53,916 nt of DNA from Eledone cirrhosa (lineage: Eukaryota). The translations under genes and the position numbers were made by a program. The stretch spans positions 1-53,916 of the forward strand of contig CAXHJY010000805.1 in the NCBI GenBank assembly GCA_964016885.1. Reading direction: 5' to 3'. Under the pieces are notes generated by a model, which was not told the DNA's origin, made no database searches, and worked only from the letters and a program-made list of their open reading frames with translations. This document shows, one piece after another, positions 12,767 through 26,300 of the stretch; position 1 is the stretch's first letter; every line of letters begins with the position of its first letter.

Positions 12767-14065
12767 TCGGTTTATACCGTGATGACGGATTGGCTGTTTC
12801 TCATACCACCAACGGCCATAACCTTGATAAATTCCGTAAAGATTTAATCAATACTTTTGCTAATCTTAACCTTAAAATCACTATAGATACGAACCTTACC
12901 AATGCTAACTTTCTTGATATTAATCTTGATCTACTTACCGCCTTTTTAAACCTTATCATAAACCTAATGAAAATCTTAGGTATATACAGTCTTGACATGC
13001 CCCTATAGTTTTTAATAATCTTAATCCCAACATTAGCCGTAGGATTTCTACCTTATCTTCGTCTATAGACATTTTTAATAAAGCCGCCCCTTATTATAAT
13101 AAAGCCCTTAAAAACAGCGGTTTTACAGAACAAATTTATTATTTACCTACTACCCCCCTAAAACTAACCACAATAATAGGAAAAGGAAAATTATTTGGTT
13201 TACACCCCCTTCTCTCTAACCGTCAAAACTAATGTAGGAAGGAAATTCCTTGAACTCTTAGATAAACATTTTCCTCCTAATCATAGATATTATAAGATAT
13301 TTAATAGGAATGTAGTTAAGATCAGTTACTCTTGTTGCCCATCTATGAAGTCGAAGATCACTAATTCAAATCATACGAGAACAAATCCAGGATGCAGTTG
13401 CAGGAAGCTGGATGAATGCCCATTGCAGGGCAAATGTAACACGAAATCTGTTGTTTATGAGGCTAAAGTAACACCAGGCGTGAGAGATATGTCGGCATGA
13501 CCCAGGACAAGTTTAAAACCAGGTTTTATGCACATGTCGCTTCTTTTAAGCACTCCGATAAACGAACAACAACGGCCCTCGCAAGTAAGGTATGGGAATT
13601 CAAGGATAAAAACATCCCGTACTCTATCGATTGGTCTATTTTAGACCATTCGAGGGAGTACCAAAGGGGCACATAGAATTGTTTTTTGTGTACCACAGAA
13701 AAATATAGGATTTTGCTAAACTTGAAAGCCACTTCTGCTTGCCTGAACTCAAAGACCGAGATCTTCAGATGTTGTCCTCATCTGAAATCACATCTGATCT
13801 GTAACTGGATTGACATTCCTATGATAACTCAACCAGCTTGAACTCCTGCTCTGCTCTTTACATCCAATACGGTTTTTTTACTTGCTGAATCCACGTTCTG
13901 TACTCTTGTATTCTCTTTCTCCCTTATCTCCCCTTATATTTATACCTTTTCCTATGTAATTTTCCCCCTCTTTTCCCCCCTATTTTTTTTGCCTTACCCT
14001 TCATATACCAAACATTTATTTTACTTTTAGATATTAAACATTTTTTTTTGTGTTGCGTATATGTA

Positions 14066-14162
<97 letters not shown>

Positions 14163-14357
14163 ATATATATATGTATATATATGTGTGTGTGTGTATATGT
14201 GTGTGTATATGGATATGTGTATGTATATGTGTGTGTATGTATGTTTATATCTATCTGTATGTAATTGTATATGTATATTTAATCGTATATATTATATATT
14301 TCTGTTGTATTTGTGCGCGTGTGTGTATATATTTATATGTATGTATGTGTGTATGTA

Positions 14358-14409
<52 letters not shown>

Positions 14410-14702
14410 ATATATATATATATACATATGTATGTATATATGTGTATGTATGTATGTGTGTATATATAACTTTAATATGTGTGTATGGGCGTGTGTATAT
14501 TTGTGCGTGTATGTGTATTTTTTTATATAATGGTTTTGTGTGTTTTTATATAATAGCCTCAGAAAAGGCTTGATCTCTGCCGTAGGGTCAGACTTTTTCC
14601 TATGTGTGTGTATATAGATACATATATATATATATATGTATATATACGTAATTGTATGTGTTTGTATTTCTGTGGTTGTGTTTTTTTGTGTGTGTGTGTA
14701 TG

Positions 14703-14735
<33 letters not shown>

Positions 14736-15015
14736 ATATGTATATATGTATATATGTATATATGTATAAGGGTGTATGTATGTGCATCATTACATATAGT
14801 GATTTGATGATTATTTTCATTGATCTTTTGCTCCAGAATCTTGTTGAGTGCTCTAGGTCTGCTATGGCCATTTATACCCTTTTCTAAATATATATTTTTT
14901 CATTTATTATTTGTCGTATTCCCAATTTTTTTATATATACAATATTTATCTTATAATATTTATGTTCTTTCTCATATATATATATATATATATATTGAGT
15001 TATATATGTATATGT

Positions 15016-15068
<53 letters not shown>

Positions 15069-15330
15069 TAGGCATACGTATGTGTATGTATATATGTGTG
15101 TGTAGGTATATATGTGTATGTTAGTATGTATGTATGTGTGTGTAGGTATATATGTGTATGTTAGTATGTATGTATGTGTATGTATGTGTATGTGTATATA
15201 TATATATATATAAAACTGGTATATATTGTATTTTGTCTGATGAAAGCATACCATAATTTAACATGGTATCCTTGAAATATGTATAATAAAATAGATATGG
15301 TTTTAGATATAGTTTCCATTTATTAATATC
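12767..15330 (+). mobile_element. Degraded 5'-truncated Naiad-type PLE with simple-repeat tail and terminal hammerhead
   Basis: GLYRDDGLAV, NFLDINLDL, KISYSC, CSCRKLDECPLQGKC, VVY, FKTRF..H; frameshifted. Confidence 0.88.
15229..15293 (+). ncRNA. Minimal type I hammerhead at the PLE 3' end
   Basis: Stem I TATTTTGT/ATAAAATA; CTGATGA 15237-15243; stem II AAG-C-ATACCAT/ATGGTAT-C-CTT; GAAA TATGTA TA. Confidence 0.8.
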
Positions 15331-15485
15331 GTATATATATATATATTTTAGAGTTAAATAAGGTTCATATGAATTATCTAAGAATGAGTTTTACACACAC
15401 ATATATATATATGTGTGTTTGTATTTGGTTGTGCGTGTTTGTGCTATGTATGTATATGTATGTGTATAATTGTATGGCTATGTAT

Positions 15486-15616
<131 letters not shown>

Positions 15617-16277
15617 TGTATGTATATGTGTGTGTATATATGTATATATATGTGTGTGTGTATGTATTTGTGTATGCGTATGTATGTGTTTATGTATTTG
15701 TATATGTATATTTATGTGTGAGAGTGTGTGTATGTATTTATTTTTACGTATGTATGTGTACGTGCATTTGTGTGTATTGCTTACCACGTGTGTTTGTTCA
15801 TTTATTTGTTGCCTGTATCGCTGTCAACTTTATAATAGTCTTTATTTTCTTTTTATGTCTTTTATTATTTATTTGCGTGTGTGAGTATGTAGAGGTGTGT
15901 GTATATTTTTCTATTTTTGTGCATGCATATGTATGCATGTATATATGTGTGTATGTATGTGTATGTATGTACGTGTGTATATACGTATGATTGTGTGTAT
16001 GTATGCATGTATGTATATGTATGTGTGTATGGCTATGTATGTGTATGTGTATGCATATATATATATATATTTATATTTCTATATATATATGTGTATATAT
16101 ATGTGTGTGGTTGTATATATGTATGTGTATGTATGGATATGTTGATATTTATGTGTGTATGTATGTATGTGTATATGTATGTGTATGTATATATATACAC
16201 ATATATATATGTGTGTGTGTGTATATGTGTGTATGTATGTGTGTATGTATATATATATATATATGTGTATGTATATA

Positions 16278-16345
<68 letters not shown>

Positions 16346-16467
16346 TGTGTGTTTGCATGTGTGCTTTTATTTTATTTTTCCTTTCCTTCTTTCTTCTCCA
16401 GCCTCACTTTCATATAGATTGCACTTTTGTTTTTAGAATCCAATTGTCAATAAATACACCACGATTT

Positions 16468-16527
16468 TTTCATTCTGATGATTGAAAGCAAAATTTTTTG
16501 CTTTTAAGAAACCACTGGTAAATGGAA
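16468..16527 (+). ncRNA. Type I hammerhead ribozyme
   Basis: Stem I TTTCATT/AATGGAA; CTGATGA; stem II TTGAAAGCAAA/TTTGCTTTTAA; GAAA CC-ACT-GG TA (GUA site). Confidence 0.85.
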
Positions 16528-16552
16528 TAATTGCCTTATGTTGTTTATTACA

Positions 16553-16602
<50 letters not shown>

Positions 16603-16685
16603 GGAGGTGAGTTTTATTGTAGTACAATAAAGTAATGCAGATATCGGATAAGAAGCACTCTACAGTTTGTGGGACTGGAGTATGC

Positions 16686-17027
16686 ATAATATAAGATCAA
16701 AAGATGGTTAAAGGAGTTCAATATATTTTATTATGCGCATTTCAAAAACAAACATCATCAAACAATAATATTTGTGTTTTCATCAGATAAAACAGGAGAA
16801 CATGATATGAAGGCTAAAAAAACACTTGTTGATAGTGCAGTTTTAAATCAACATATGTTGATTTAAAACTGCACTATCAACAAGTGTTTTTTTAGCCTTT
16901 TTTTTAGCCTTCATATCATGTTCTCCTGTTTTATCTGATGAAAACACAAATATTATTGTTTGATGATGTTTGTTTTTGAAATGCGCATAATAAAATATAT
17001 TGAACTCCTTTAACCATCTTTTGATCT

Positions 17028-17035
<8 letters not shown>
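16686..17035. repeat. Spacer-less palindrome of about 350 bp with a hammerhead on each strand
   Basis: Arms 16686-16854 / 16855-17035; axis CAACAT|ATGTTG; right arm carries a 12-nt duplication. Confidence 0.95.
16927..16997 (+). ncRNA. Minimal type I hammerhead (mirror copy at 16724-16794 on the minus strand)
   Basis: Stem I TGTTTTAT/ATAAAATA; CTGATGA 16935-16941; about 15-bp stem II with GU pairs; GAAA TGCGCA TA, palindromic loop, AUA site. Confidence 0.85.
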
Positions 17036-17079
<44 letters not shown>

Positions 17080-17237
17080 TTATATATATGTATGTATGCA
17101 TGTGTATGTATATGTGTATGTATATGTGTATGTATATGTATGTGTATGTGTATATGTGTGTGTGTGTGTATGTATTTATTTATATGTATGTTGTGTATGT
17201 GTATATGTATGTGTGTATGTATATGCGTGTGTGTATG

Positions 17238-17302
<65 letters not shown>

Positions 17303-17405
17303 ATGTGTGTTTATTTTTCCATTCCTACTTCCTTTTACAGCCCTACTTTCATATAGATTATATTTTTGTTTTTAAAATCCAATGTCAATAAATACACCAG
17401 GATTT

Positions 17406-17466
17406 TTTCGTTCTGACGATTGAAAGCAAAATTTGTTTGCTTTCAAGAAACCACTGGTAAATGAAA
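17406..17466 (+). ncRNA. Type I hammerhead ribozyme (direct-repeat copy of 16468-16527)
   Basis: Stem I TTTCGTT/AATGAAA; CTGACGA; stem II TTGAAAGCAAA/TTTGCTTTCAA; GAAA CCACTGG TA. Confidence 0.85.
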
Positions 17467-17749
17467 TAATTACCTTATGTTGTTTATTGCATAACTATAT
17501 ATATATATATATATATATAGTTATACTTTGGGAGGGTCATGTTGCCAATAAGAAACACACGCACCAGTTGCTTTCACTTCAATTATTCATAAATTTAGGA
17601 ATTTATAAATTTCCGGTTGGTTGGTTGGTTCCACAACCAGATGGTTGTTTATATATTGTCAAAGTTCTTTCATCACACATTCTGTGACCTCTTCAGTAAC
17701 TGGGGATTCTTTTTTTTTTTTTTTGTGCCTCTCCTTTGTTCTGTCCTAC

Positions 17750-17895
<146 letters not shown>

Positions 17896-17949
17896 CGGCG
17901 ATGAATTAGTTTAGCGAGGTTTTTTATATGAAATCGTGTGTCGAAACAG

Positions 17950-18131
17950 ATATTGTTATACTTGGGGAGGGTCATATTTGCGTAATATTTTCAGTCAATG
18001 GCAACATTGAGGACCGAGTAAGTTAGATCGCAGATATAAAAGACAGCGAGAAGCGAAAACCAACCAAACAGTGAGTGTGTTCTGTTATTAATTCTGGCAA
18101 TATTACGCAAATATGACCCTCACCAAGTATG

Positions 18132-18138
<7 letters not shown>
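17950..18138. repeat. Fold-back element with about 40-bp arms; relatives at 17520-17568 and 37225-37376
   Basis: ATATTGTTATACTTGGGGAGGGTCATATTTGCGTAATATT with its reverse complement at 18099-18138; flanked by (TA)n. Confidence 0.85.
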
Positions 18139-18229
<91 letters not shown>

Positions 18230-18432
18230 ACTTTATCTTATTCTGAATTAAAGCTCTTGATTTTTCGCTGGAATTCACAAAATTCTATGGATTAATCTGT
18301 CTTGATTTTCTTTGAATTGAGTTTGAATTATTTTCCCACATCTTACGTTAACTATTTTTCCATTTTGACGCTATAGTCACTTATATATTATGAAATACTG
18401 TTGGCTTCACCTCACTACAATTTTCTACTTTA

Positions 18433-18492
<60 letters not shown>

Positions 18493-18997
18493 TAATAATA
18501 GTACTCTTCAGGCAGTCCGGATTGGTTTGAAAAAGGCAGGTACACATGTTGTTGAAGTGTGTTTTACTCCGTCCATACATCGATATGTCCAGCTCCTGGC
18601 TGTGTTGTTATATATATATACATAAGTCAATACCACATGGAGATTTACAGAGTACAATATTTAATAAGAGACACACCGAATCAACTCATTTATTTTTATA
18701 CACAATCATTGAAATACAATCTAGTTTATATTTGTTTTCATTATTTAATACGGTGGATTGGCAGTATCAGTAGAAGGTCGATAAAATAAAGTACCAGTAA
18801 TACACTGGGATAATTGCTGGTCTTGTGCCAAAAAGTAGAAACAATTATTTAATATTATACTGAGAAAAAAATATATAAAAACCTTGTAAATGAGCACAAT
18901 ATAATTCATATTTTTATTACAGTAATAATGTTATACATGCGTGGGTAATTCTTAGTTGAATACTAAATAGAAAACAGTACATTTTTCAATTCTGTAT

Positions 18998-19497
18998 TTA
19001 ATATTTACTGCAAACAACGCAGCTTAATTCTTGACCATTTACATAAGGTGGACATGGTAATGACCCACAGATACCTTGAACAAAATACAATAAAGCGCCA
19101 TCTTCATTTCTGTAGCCTGCTGGATCAGCTTCGGGTGCATGGTCCACACAGACATATTCATGTCTACCCTTATGTCCATTGTGCTCAGTCATCAAATATC
19201 CAGAGTACTCAGTTGTCCAACCAGGGTAACAGCGTGTCCGAGCTGGTAACATCATGACTACTGCTGGTTGTCGTGTCAAACAGACAGCACATGGGACATT
19301 GTGATCATGAAGAGTTTTAGAGTTAGCAAATGAAAATAACTTATTAACAGGGTAAGTCGATACCTGATATTCACTCCCATATATGGTACCTGCTACTTCA
19401 AGATCCGTAGTAAAGTTGGCCCAAATAGGATCATTAGGTAGACATAAGAGGTTACTACCACCACCAGTGTTGTCATAGTGTTGTCCACCAACAACAC
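18998..19497 (-). CDS. Gene B exon 4 (terminal): short-chain collagen C4-like / NC1-type Cys-rich domain
   Basis: Acceptor TTCTAG| in phase 1; motifs GGGSNLLCLP, YGSEY, VPCAVC, PARTRCYPGWTTEYSGYLM, YVCVD, CGSLPCPPY, ELSCVVCSK; stop TAA; AATAAA at 18918-18913; spliced CDS 771 nt. Confidence 0.92.
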
Positions 19498-20029
19498 CTA
19501 GAATTGATAAGAAAATATGAAGCAAATAAAATATATAAATAAGGATATAATTTATAATAAAAATGTTATTACATGAAATTATTAAAAACTCAAGTTTTAT
19601 CATATAAAAGTTAATGAGAAATATTAAATATGTGGATACATTGACTTTTGAGATGAAATAATATCTTTAGGTGAATAATATCCAATATAAGTATACATAC
19701 ATATGATATGTTTAGTTTTTTACTATATCAAAAGAAGTCAAATCTTCTGAATCATGTGTGTATTTAATATTCTACTAATAGTTTATATACCTGCAATAAG
19801 TGACAATCAGGTAGTACATATCAACACTTTTAGTTTTTTGTCAATGAAATTGTCCCCATTAATTTGTAGATACTAATCTTTCTGTATACTCTTAGTAGTT
19901 TCTTTAGTTAATATCTACAAACCATGGTTTTTGAGATCTCATCCTTACCATTAGACAACATTTACGACACATTTGAGGACGAGAAATAATGAGATGAGAA
20001 TTAGAGATAGAGAGAGTGAGAGTGAGAGT

Positions 20030-20062
<33 letters not shown>

Positions 20063-20088
20063 TGAGAGTGAGAGAGAGAGAGAGCGAG

Positions 20089-20169
<81 letters not shown>

Positions 20170-20185
20170 AACATAATATACTAAC

Positions 20186-20260
20186 CATCATATACAAGAT
20201 CTGATGAAGGAGGACAGATTGTTCTACCCCACCGGGTATACAATGATCCGAGACCGGATT
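20186..20260 (-). CDS. Gene B exon 3 (75 nt), start of the C4-like domain
   Basis: Acceptor TTTTTCAG|, donor |GTTAGT; (K)SGLGSLYTRWGRTICPPSSDLVYD(G) carries the YxRWGRxxCP motif typical of short-chain collagen C4-like domains. Confidence 0.9.
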
Positions 20261-20622
20261 CTGAAAAATTAAATCATAACATAGTTCAACAGAAAGGAAC
20301 AGTAAATATGATGCAAAAATTGTGCTTAGTTAAATATTAAGAAATTGTAAATGATATAATGGTAGAATAAAATATTAGTTGGAAATTGAGAAAATATAAC
20401 AGAAGTTAGGAGAGTACATAGTAAATTATTAAATATATAAATTGAAACATTAATGATAAATAAAAAATATTGATAAGATTTGAAAATAACATGTAAGGAG
20501 ACGAAGATAAATATTTGAAGATATTATATAAGACAATATGTGATATATTTTTTGTATTTAATTTAATTTTGTGACAAAGTTTCTAAATCTTTTTGAAAAT
20601 ATGATAAACATTTAGGTCTTAC

Positions 20623-20674
20623 TATATATGTCACCAGGCTTATCATCGAGAGATTTCTTGGAGAGAAAATGGTT
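20623..20674 (-). CDS. Gene B exon 2 (52 nt)
   Basis: Acceptor TTTTTTAACAG|, donor |GTAAGA; NHFLSKKSLDDKPGDIY plus 1 nt; links phase 0 to phase 1 as required; identical in the paralog at 383-434. Confidence 0.75.
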
Positions 20675-21360
20675 CTGTTAAAAAATAACGAATAATATAG
20701 ATATAAATACTCAGTATAAATATTCTCTTTGGAAACATAAAAGAGAGAAACACATTTTGAGACTGAGACAAACACTCAAATGCACATATACCTTCATACG
20801 TTCAAATATACATACACACACGCACACAAACACATATATATATATACATATATATGTATACTTTTACTGCTTCTTTCTGAATTATTTTCTTTCCTATCAA
20901 AGTACTGGTTATTGTTTGGTTATTATTAGGCAGCGAATTAACAGAGACGTTAGAATGTCGTATAGAATGCTTAGCATTATTCGTTATATATATCTGCTCT
21001 TTGGATTCAAATCTTGCTGACGTCAACTTTGCTTTTCATCCTTTTGATATCGAATAAAAAAGTACTAATCATTTGCTGTACTATGCATTCACTAATAGAT
21101 TGTATTTCACAAAAAATCCACGTGATTTCCACATCTAAAATACATTCTGTTAAATTCTAACTACTTTATAAAAGAAATATATAACATAATATGAAAGATA
21201 TTGGTGACCACATATTAATTCAACGTACAAAATATAAAATGTACGGAGTACAGTGAAAGAAAGAATTGTATAAAGAGTAACCAATGTTATTCCCTATTGA
21301 CTTATAACCCCTTGTAGGGAAATTAGGCCTATCTTAATCTGGGTATATATATATGTATAT

Positions 21361-21430
<70 letters not shown>

Positions 21431-21512
21431 ATTTTTATATGGATGTATTTTATATATTATACATAAATATTAATATATATATGTGTATGAGTATCATATA
21501 ATTAATTAATAC

Positions 21513-21554
<42 letters not shown>

Positions 21555-21587
21555 TCACACACACCCGCACCCTCATAAACACACACA

Positions 21588-21635
<48 letters not shown>

Positions 21636-21653
21636 AAAAATATATATATATAT

Positions 21654-21722
<69 letters not shown>

Positions 21723-21819
21723 TATATATCTATCTTTTTATATATACACGTTATACAAAACACCAAGTGTATAAAGCAATAGAAAGAAGACACAAGTTTA
21801 CAAAAAATTATATACATAC

Positions 21820-21963
21820 CTCCTCGGTTTTCTGCTCCATTTTTCTTATTCTTGAATCTTGATGGAAAATTGTTATGGCGAGAACGAGAAATATTCCGAA
21901 AGCTATGAGAGAGGAAATAGTAAAACGTTGTGAAATATTTCTAGACAATTGTAGAAAATCCAT
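21820..21963 (-). CDS. Gene B exon 1: N-terminal signal-anchor/TM segment of a short-chain collagen C4-like protein
   Basis: ATG in ACAATGG context; translates [48 protein letters not shown] (48 aa, hydrophobic core); ends at a GAG|GTATGT donor in phase 0; frame conserved in the paralog at 1736-1879. Confidence 0.8.
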
Positions 21964-23378
21964 TGTTGTAGTGGTTGTCGATAATATGTGAGGTTTGGTA
22001 ACAAAGTAACGATAGGACTATGTAACGTAAACTGGAGACTTAGAAATGACTTAGTGTGCGAAAACATTTTAATATATACAGTTGAATACGACCCAATATT
22101 ATCCAATGATCTACTGGTAAATTGATAAACTACAGATATGGGCGTGTTCTGAGTATGTTCAAGATTTTTGATTGAATGTATTATGTAATAGGTTAAGACA
22201 AGTATTCCAAAATATATTTGAACGTCATGCTCAGAAAATTATAAGATAAAAATCTACCAGATTGTAGGAGATATATTATTTCGTCATGTGCATACACGTT
22301 CCTTCAATCTAGTTGTAATGGGGAAACAGTGTATATATTCAGTCGGTGAACTATTTATATATTCCAGAAAATATATATAAGTATGTACACGTACATACAT
22401 ATATGTATACAGACGTACTGTAGTATGTATATATATATATATACATACATGCACACACATATATATGTACGTATGGATTCACCGAACATTTATTATAATG
22501 CTCGGTGTGTTTGTTAACAAACATCCCGTATTAAGCCGTAGTGTCTAGCAACCATCGTTGCTCATTTGTTCAACACTGACAAAGGAACGCTGTACTCGTG
22601 TTGGATAGAGTGTTATGGAATCGCTCTCGTAAGTTTTTTGATTTTTAACATATTTAAAACAATTGTGATATAACAATTCATAGTACAAATGGGACATAAA
22701 GTGCCACGCTTAGCTCTCAGGAAATTCGGATCCATAATATCCTGTTATATCGCTCAAATATTCAATTTTGTATTATAAATTTTATATTCAAAAAAGAAAA
22801 TGGTTATAAATGGAAGAAACCCCCCCCCCCTGTCTACACTATATAGAACAGCCAAATAACAGCAATTTCACCAACACCACAAACTAGATACACCCACCTA
22901 TCCTATCACCCCTCTGTGTACACTAAATACAACAGCCAGATAATGGCAATTTCACCAGCACCACCACCAATCCAAGCATAATAATAATAATTACTATTAT
23001 TGTATCTCAAGTTTTCTCAAAAAACAAAACTCAGTAACGACAACGCCATCACTATAGTCACTGCCGCCACCACTCCATCATTGCTACCACTATCCCATCT
23101 CCGCCGCCACCACTCCTTCATTGCTACCACCACTATTCCCCCACTACCTTCTGTTAACTTAAGAAAGGGGAAGGTGGCGGTATCACTAGACAAGGAAGAG
23201 GCTAGCAAAAGATATAAATAGACTGACTTAGTGACCCGGTCAAACGTTAACGACTATGGCACTGCTGGCTCCCCCCTTCCCCACCAACAATAGAAAAAGC
23301 CCCAGAACCACCACCGACATAGCCAACAACAATAACAGGCAACTTCAATAAAAAGTATATTATATTATTAATAATAAT

Positions 23379-26300
23379 TTCATTCTTAAGCCACGCAATG
23401 CTCACATTAAGGAACCACTCATGATAATAACAATTTAAAAAACAACAAAAAAGAAAACCCCGTGACCAAGAAATACCGGGATGGCGGCCGGCGGGGAATA
23501 GCCGTGTCTCTAGGGGAGGACGACCCCTCTAGTCTTGGTTGACACTCGTCCTAGAAGTGGTAACACGAATGATTACCCCTTGGCGGTTAAGGATAAAACG
23601 CGACAAAATAAAGTAAATGTCAAATGATAAAATCTCATACTGGATCGGCCGTCACCCGGATCAAAAAGGGCCGCGTCCCTCAGAGAGGAACCAGACTGGG
23701 GTCGAAAAATCAGGTAATGGTTCAAACCTTCCCATCACTTCGGAGCTGGAGACCTCCCATAACCGGAATACTCCTACTGTTGGCCCTCCATGCTCATCAC
23801 CAAGAAATCCAAAGAAAAAGAGAGAAAAATGGTCAAGGGAAGACAATAAAGAAGTCCTTGAGGCTTTCTACACTGCCATGTACTACCCATCAAATAGATC
23901 GAATACAGAGCAGACATATATCAACTGGAAAAAGAAACATCCTGAAAACAGAGGCTATATTGACAGTAACAAACTAGCCAATATACGAAGAAATATTGTT
24001 AAAAAAAAGTTACTAACTGATATAGAAATTGATCAGATCAAGCTATTAGCACAAAGTCAGCGAAGGGAAAATGAAACATGTGTCAGTGAAAACGAGGTAA
24101 ATTGTAACACTTCGAATCCCAGAGTTGGGGCGGAATCACTGACAACAGAACAAATTAAAGAAAGGATCGAAAAAGTGGAGGGAGTGCATGCTCAAGATGA
24201 AACTAAAAATGAAAACAATGAGATCGTAAATGATAAAGAAATGAATGAGAATGAACTTGCCAACTTGAAGGATGAAATTATGATCGAATGGATGAAAATG
24301 AAAGAATCTGACATTGGGGAACGAGACACCCTCCCTAAGATCCAGAACTCCAAACAGAACCAAAAGATAATACACAAGACTAACATAATTCTCAAAAACA
24401 TTATCATCACAAACATACTAAACATTACTGATTTAAATCATCTCTATTATGCATCGGCTAAAGTCACCACTCACTTATGTGGAGTGAAGATGAAAAAACA
24501 AAGGAATTCCCACAAGAAATCTACTTGGCAAGAGAACATCAATCGCCAAATAAACCTTCTCCGATCTGACATAGAAATTTTAACAAACTACAAAGTAGGT
24601 GAACATGTTAAACAAACTAAACTTAGAAAATTGAAAAGAAAATACAGTATAAAATCAACAAGTGACATAGACATGCTGATAGAAATAATCAAGCAAAAAG
24701 TGTCGGCCAAAGCTGCTCGTATAAAGCGCTTTGAAAAACGATCTAGATTCTATAAGGACAATAATATGTTCAAAAACAACCAAAGAAACTTCTACAGAAA
24801 AATTGGCAAGTCAGTCAACAATAACTGCTAAATCAATAACACCCAAGGAGGAAGTGCAAGAATTCTGGGAAAAGATCTGGGCCGAAGAAAAAGTTCATAA
24901 TATACATGCCCCATGGCTAGACAGACAAATGAAAGATACAGCTCACCTTGAGGAACAAATATGGGAAAATATAACAGTTGAACAGTTGCGTTTGGCTCTT
25001 AGAAAAACCAGCAAATGGAAATCCCCAGGAAAAGACAAAATACCAAATTTTTGGATAAATTCCTTCACAGAGTCTCATGAGCTGTTAGCCCAACTTTACA
25101 ATGAAATAGTTAAGGAGCCAGAAAAGATACCATCATGGCTAGTTAACGGCATTACATTCCTGCTTCCGAAGAATGATGAGACAAACAATCCCAAAAATTA
25201 CAGACCGATAACTTGCTTGACCACAATGTATAAAATTTTAACATCAGTCCTAACTGAATATACCACCTAATAACAAATGATCTATTTCCCAATGAGCAGA
25301 AAGGGTGTAAACGAGGCTCATATGGCTGTAAGGATCAGCTTTTGGTTAACAAAATGATACTGGAAGATTGTCATAATAGACACAAAAATCTATCAATTGC
25401 TTGGATAGATTATAAAAAAGCATTTGATAGTTTGCCACACAGTTGGATTGAAAAATGTTTAGAGATTTTCAAAATATCTCCCGTTGTCAGGAGGTTCCTG
25501 TCATTCAGTATGAAGACATGGAAAACGACATTCCTTTTGAATAGTGAAAAAAAAAATCACTGGAAGTTGGAGAAATTAATATTAATTGTGGAATTTTTCA
25601 GGGTGACTCTTTATCACCGCTTTTATTCTGCATCGCACTTATACCATTAAGTAAAATGCTCAATGAAACAAAACATGGATATAAAGTCTATGACAAAACC
25701 ATTAATCACTTGTTCTACATGGATGACCTGAAACTATTTGCAAAAAATGATGAACAATTGCAAGGGCTATTATCCACTGTGGAGCAGTTCAGTGATGACA
25801 TTAAAATGGAGTTTGGACTAGATAAATGCGCCAAAGCAACGTTCACCAGAGGAAAGCTGCTGAAAAGTTCAGACATTAATCTTGATCGGGGGAATGTGAT
25901 AAGAGAACTTGATCAAGAGGAAACTTACAAATATCTAGGTGTTTGTGAAGGAGACGGAATCAAGCACTCGACAATGAAGGAAAGGATAAGGAAGGAATGT
26001 TACCGCAGAGTAAGAGCAATCTTAAGAACGGAATTGAATGCAAGGAATAGGATCGATGCCATAAACATGCTTGCCATACCAGTAGTAACCTACAGTTACA
26101 ATGTCATCAACTAGTCAAGCGCAGAGATCCGTAGGCTCGATATAAAAATTAGAAAATTCTTAACCATGCACAGAATGCATCGCCCTAAGGCAGATACAGA
26201 TAGAATATATCTCCCTATGAAAGAAGGAAGACGTGGGTTAATCCAGTTAGATATTGCGTTGAAAACTGCAACAATTGGATTATCTACATATCTAAGGGAA

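Larger units (their letters stand above)
20241..22369 (+). repeat. Tandem segmental duplication, copy B
   Basis: Matches 1-2308 (offset 20240 at the start). Confidence 0.97.

Noticed and set aside
19498-19603. N-terminal extension of ORF 18998-19603 as a signal peptide
   Set aside because: AT-rich intron read-through; a clear acceptor precedes 19497 and exon 3 supplies the missing domain start
20195-20265. CTGATGA...GAGACCGG hammerhead-like motif on the plus strand
   Set aside because: Lacks GAAA and a UH site, and is the antisense of coding exon 3 (YTRWGRTICPPSSD)
23486-23500. GGCCGGC resembling HDV ribozyme P1
   Set aside because: No downstream complementary P1 strand or nested P3/P1.1 found
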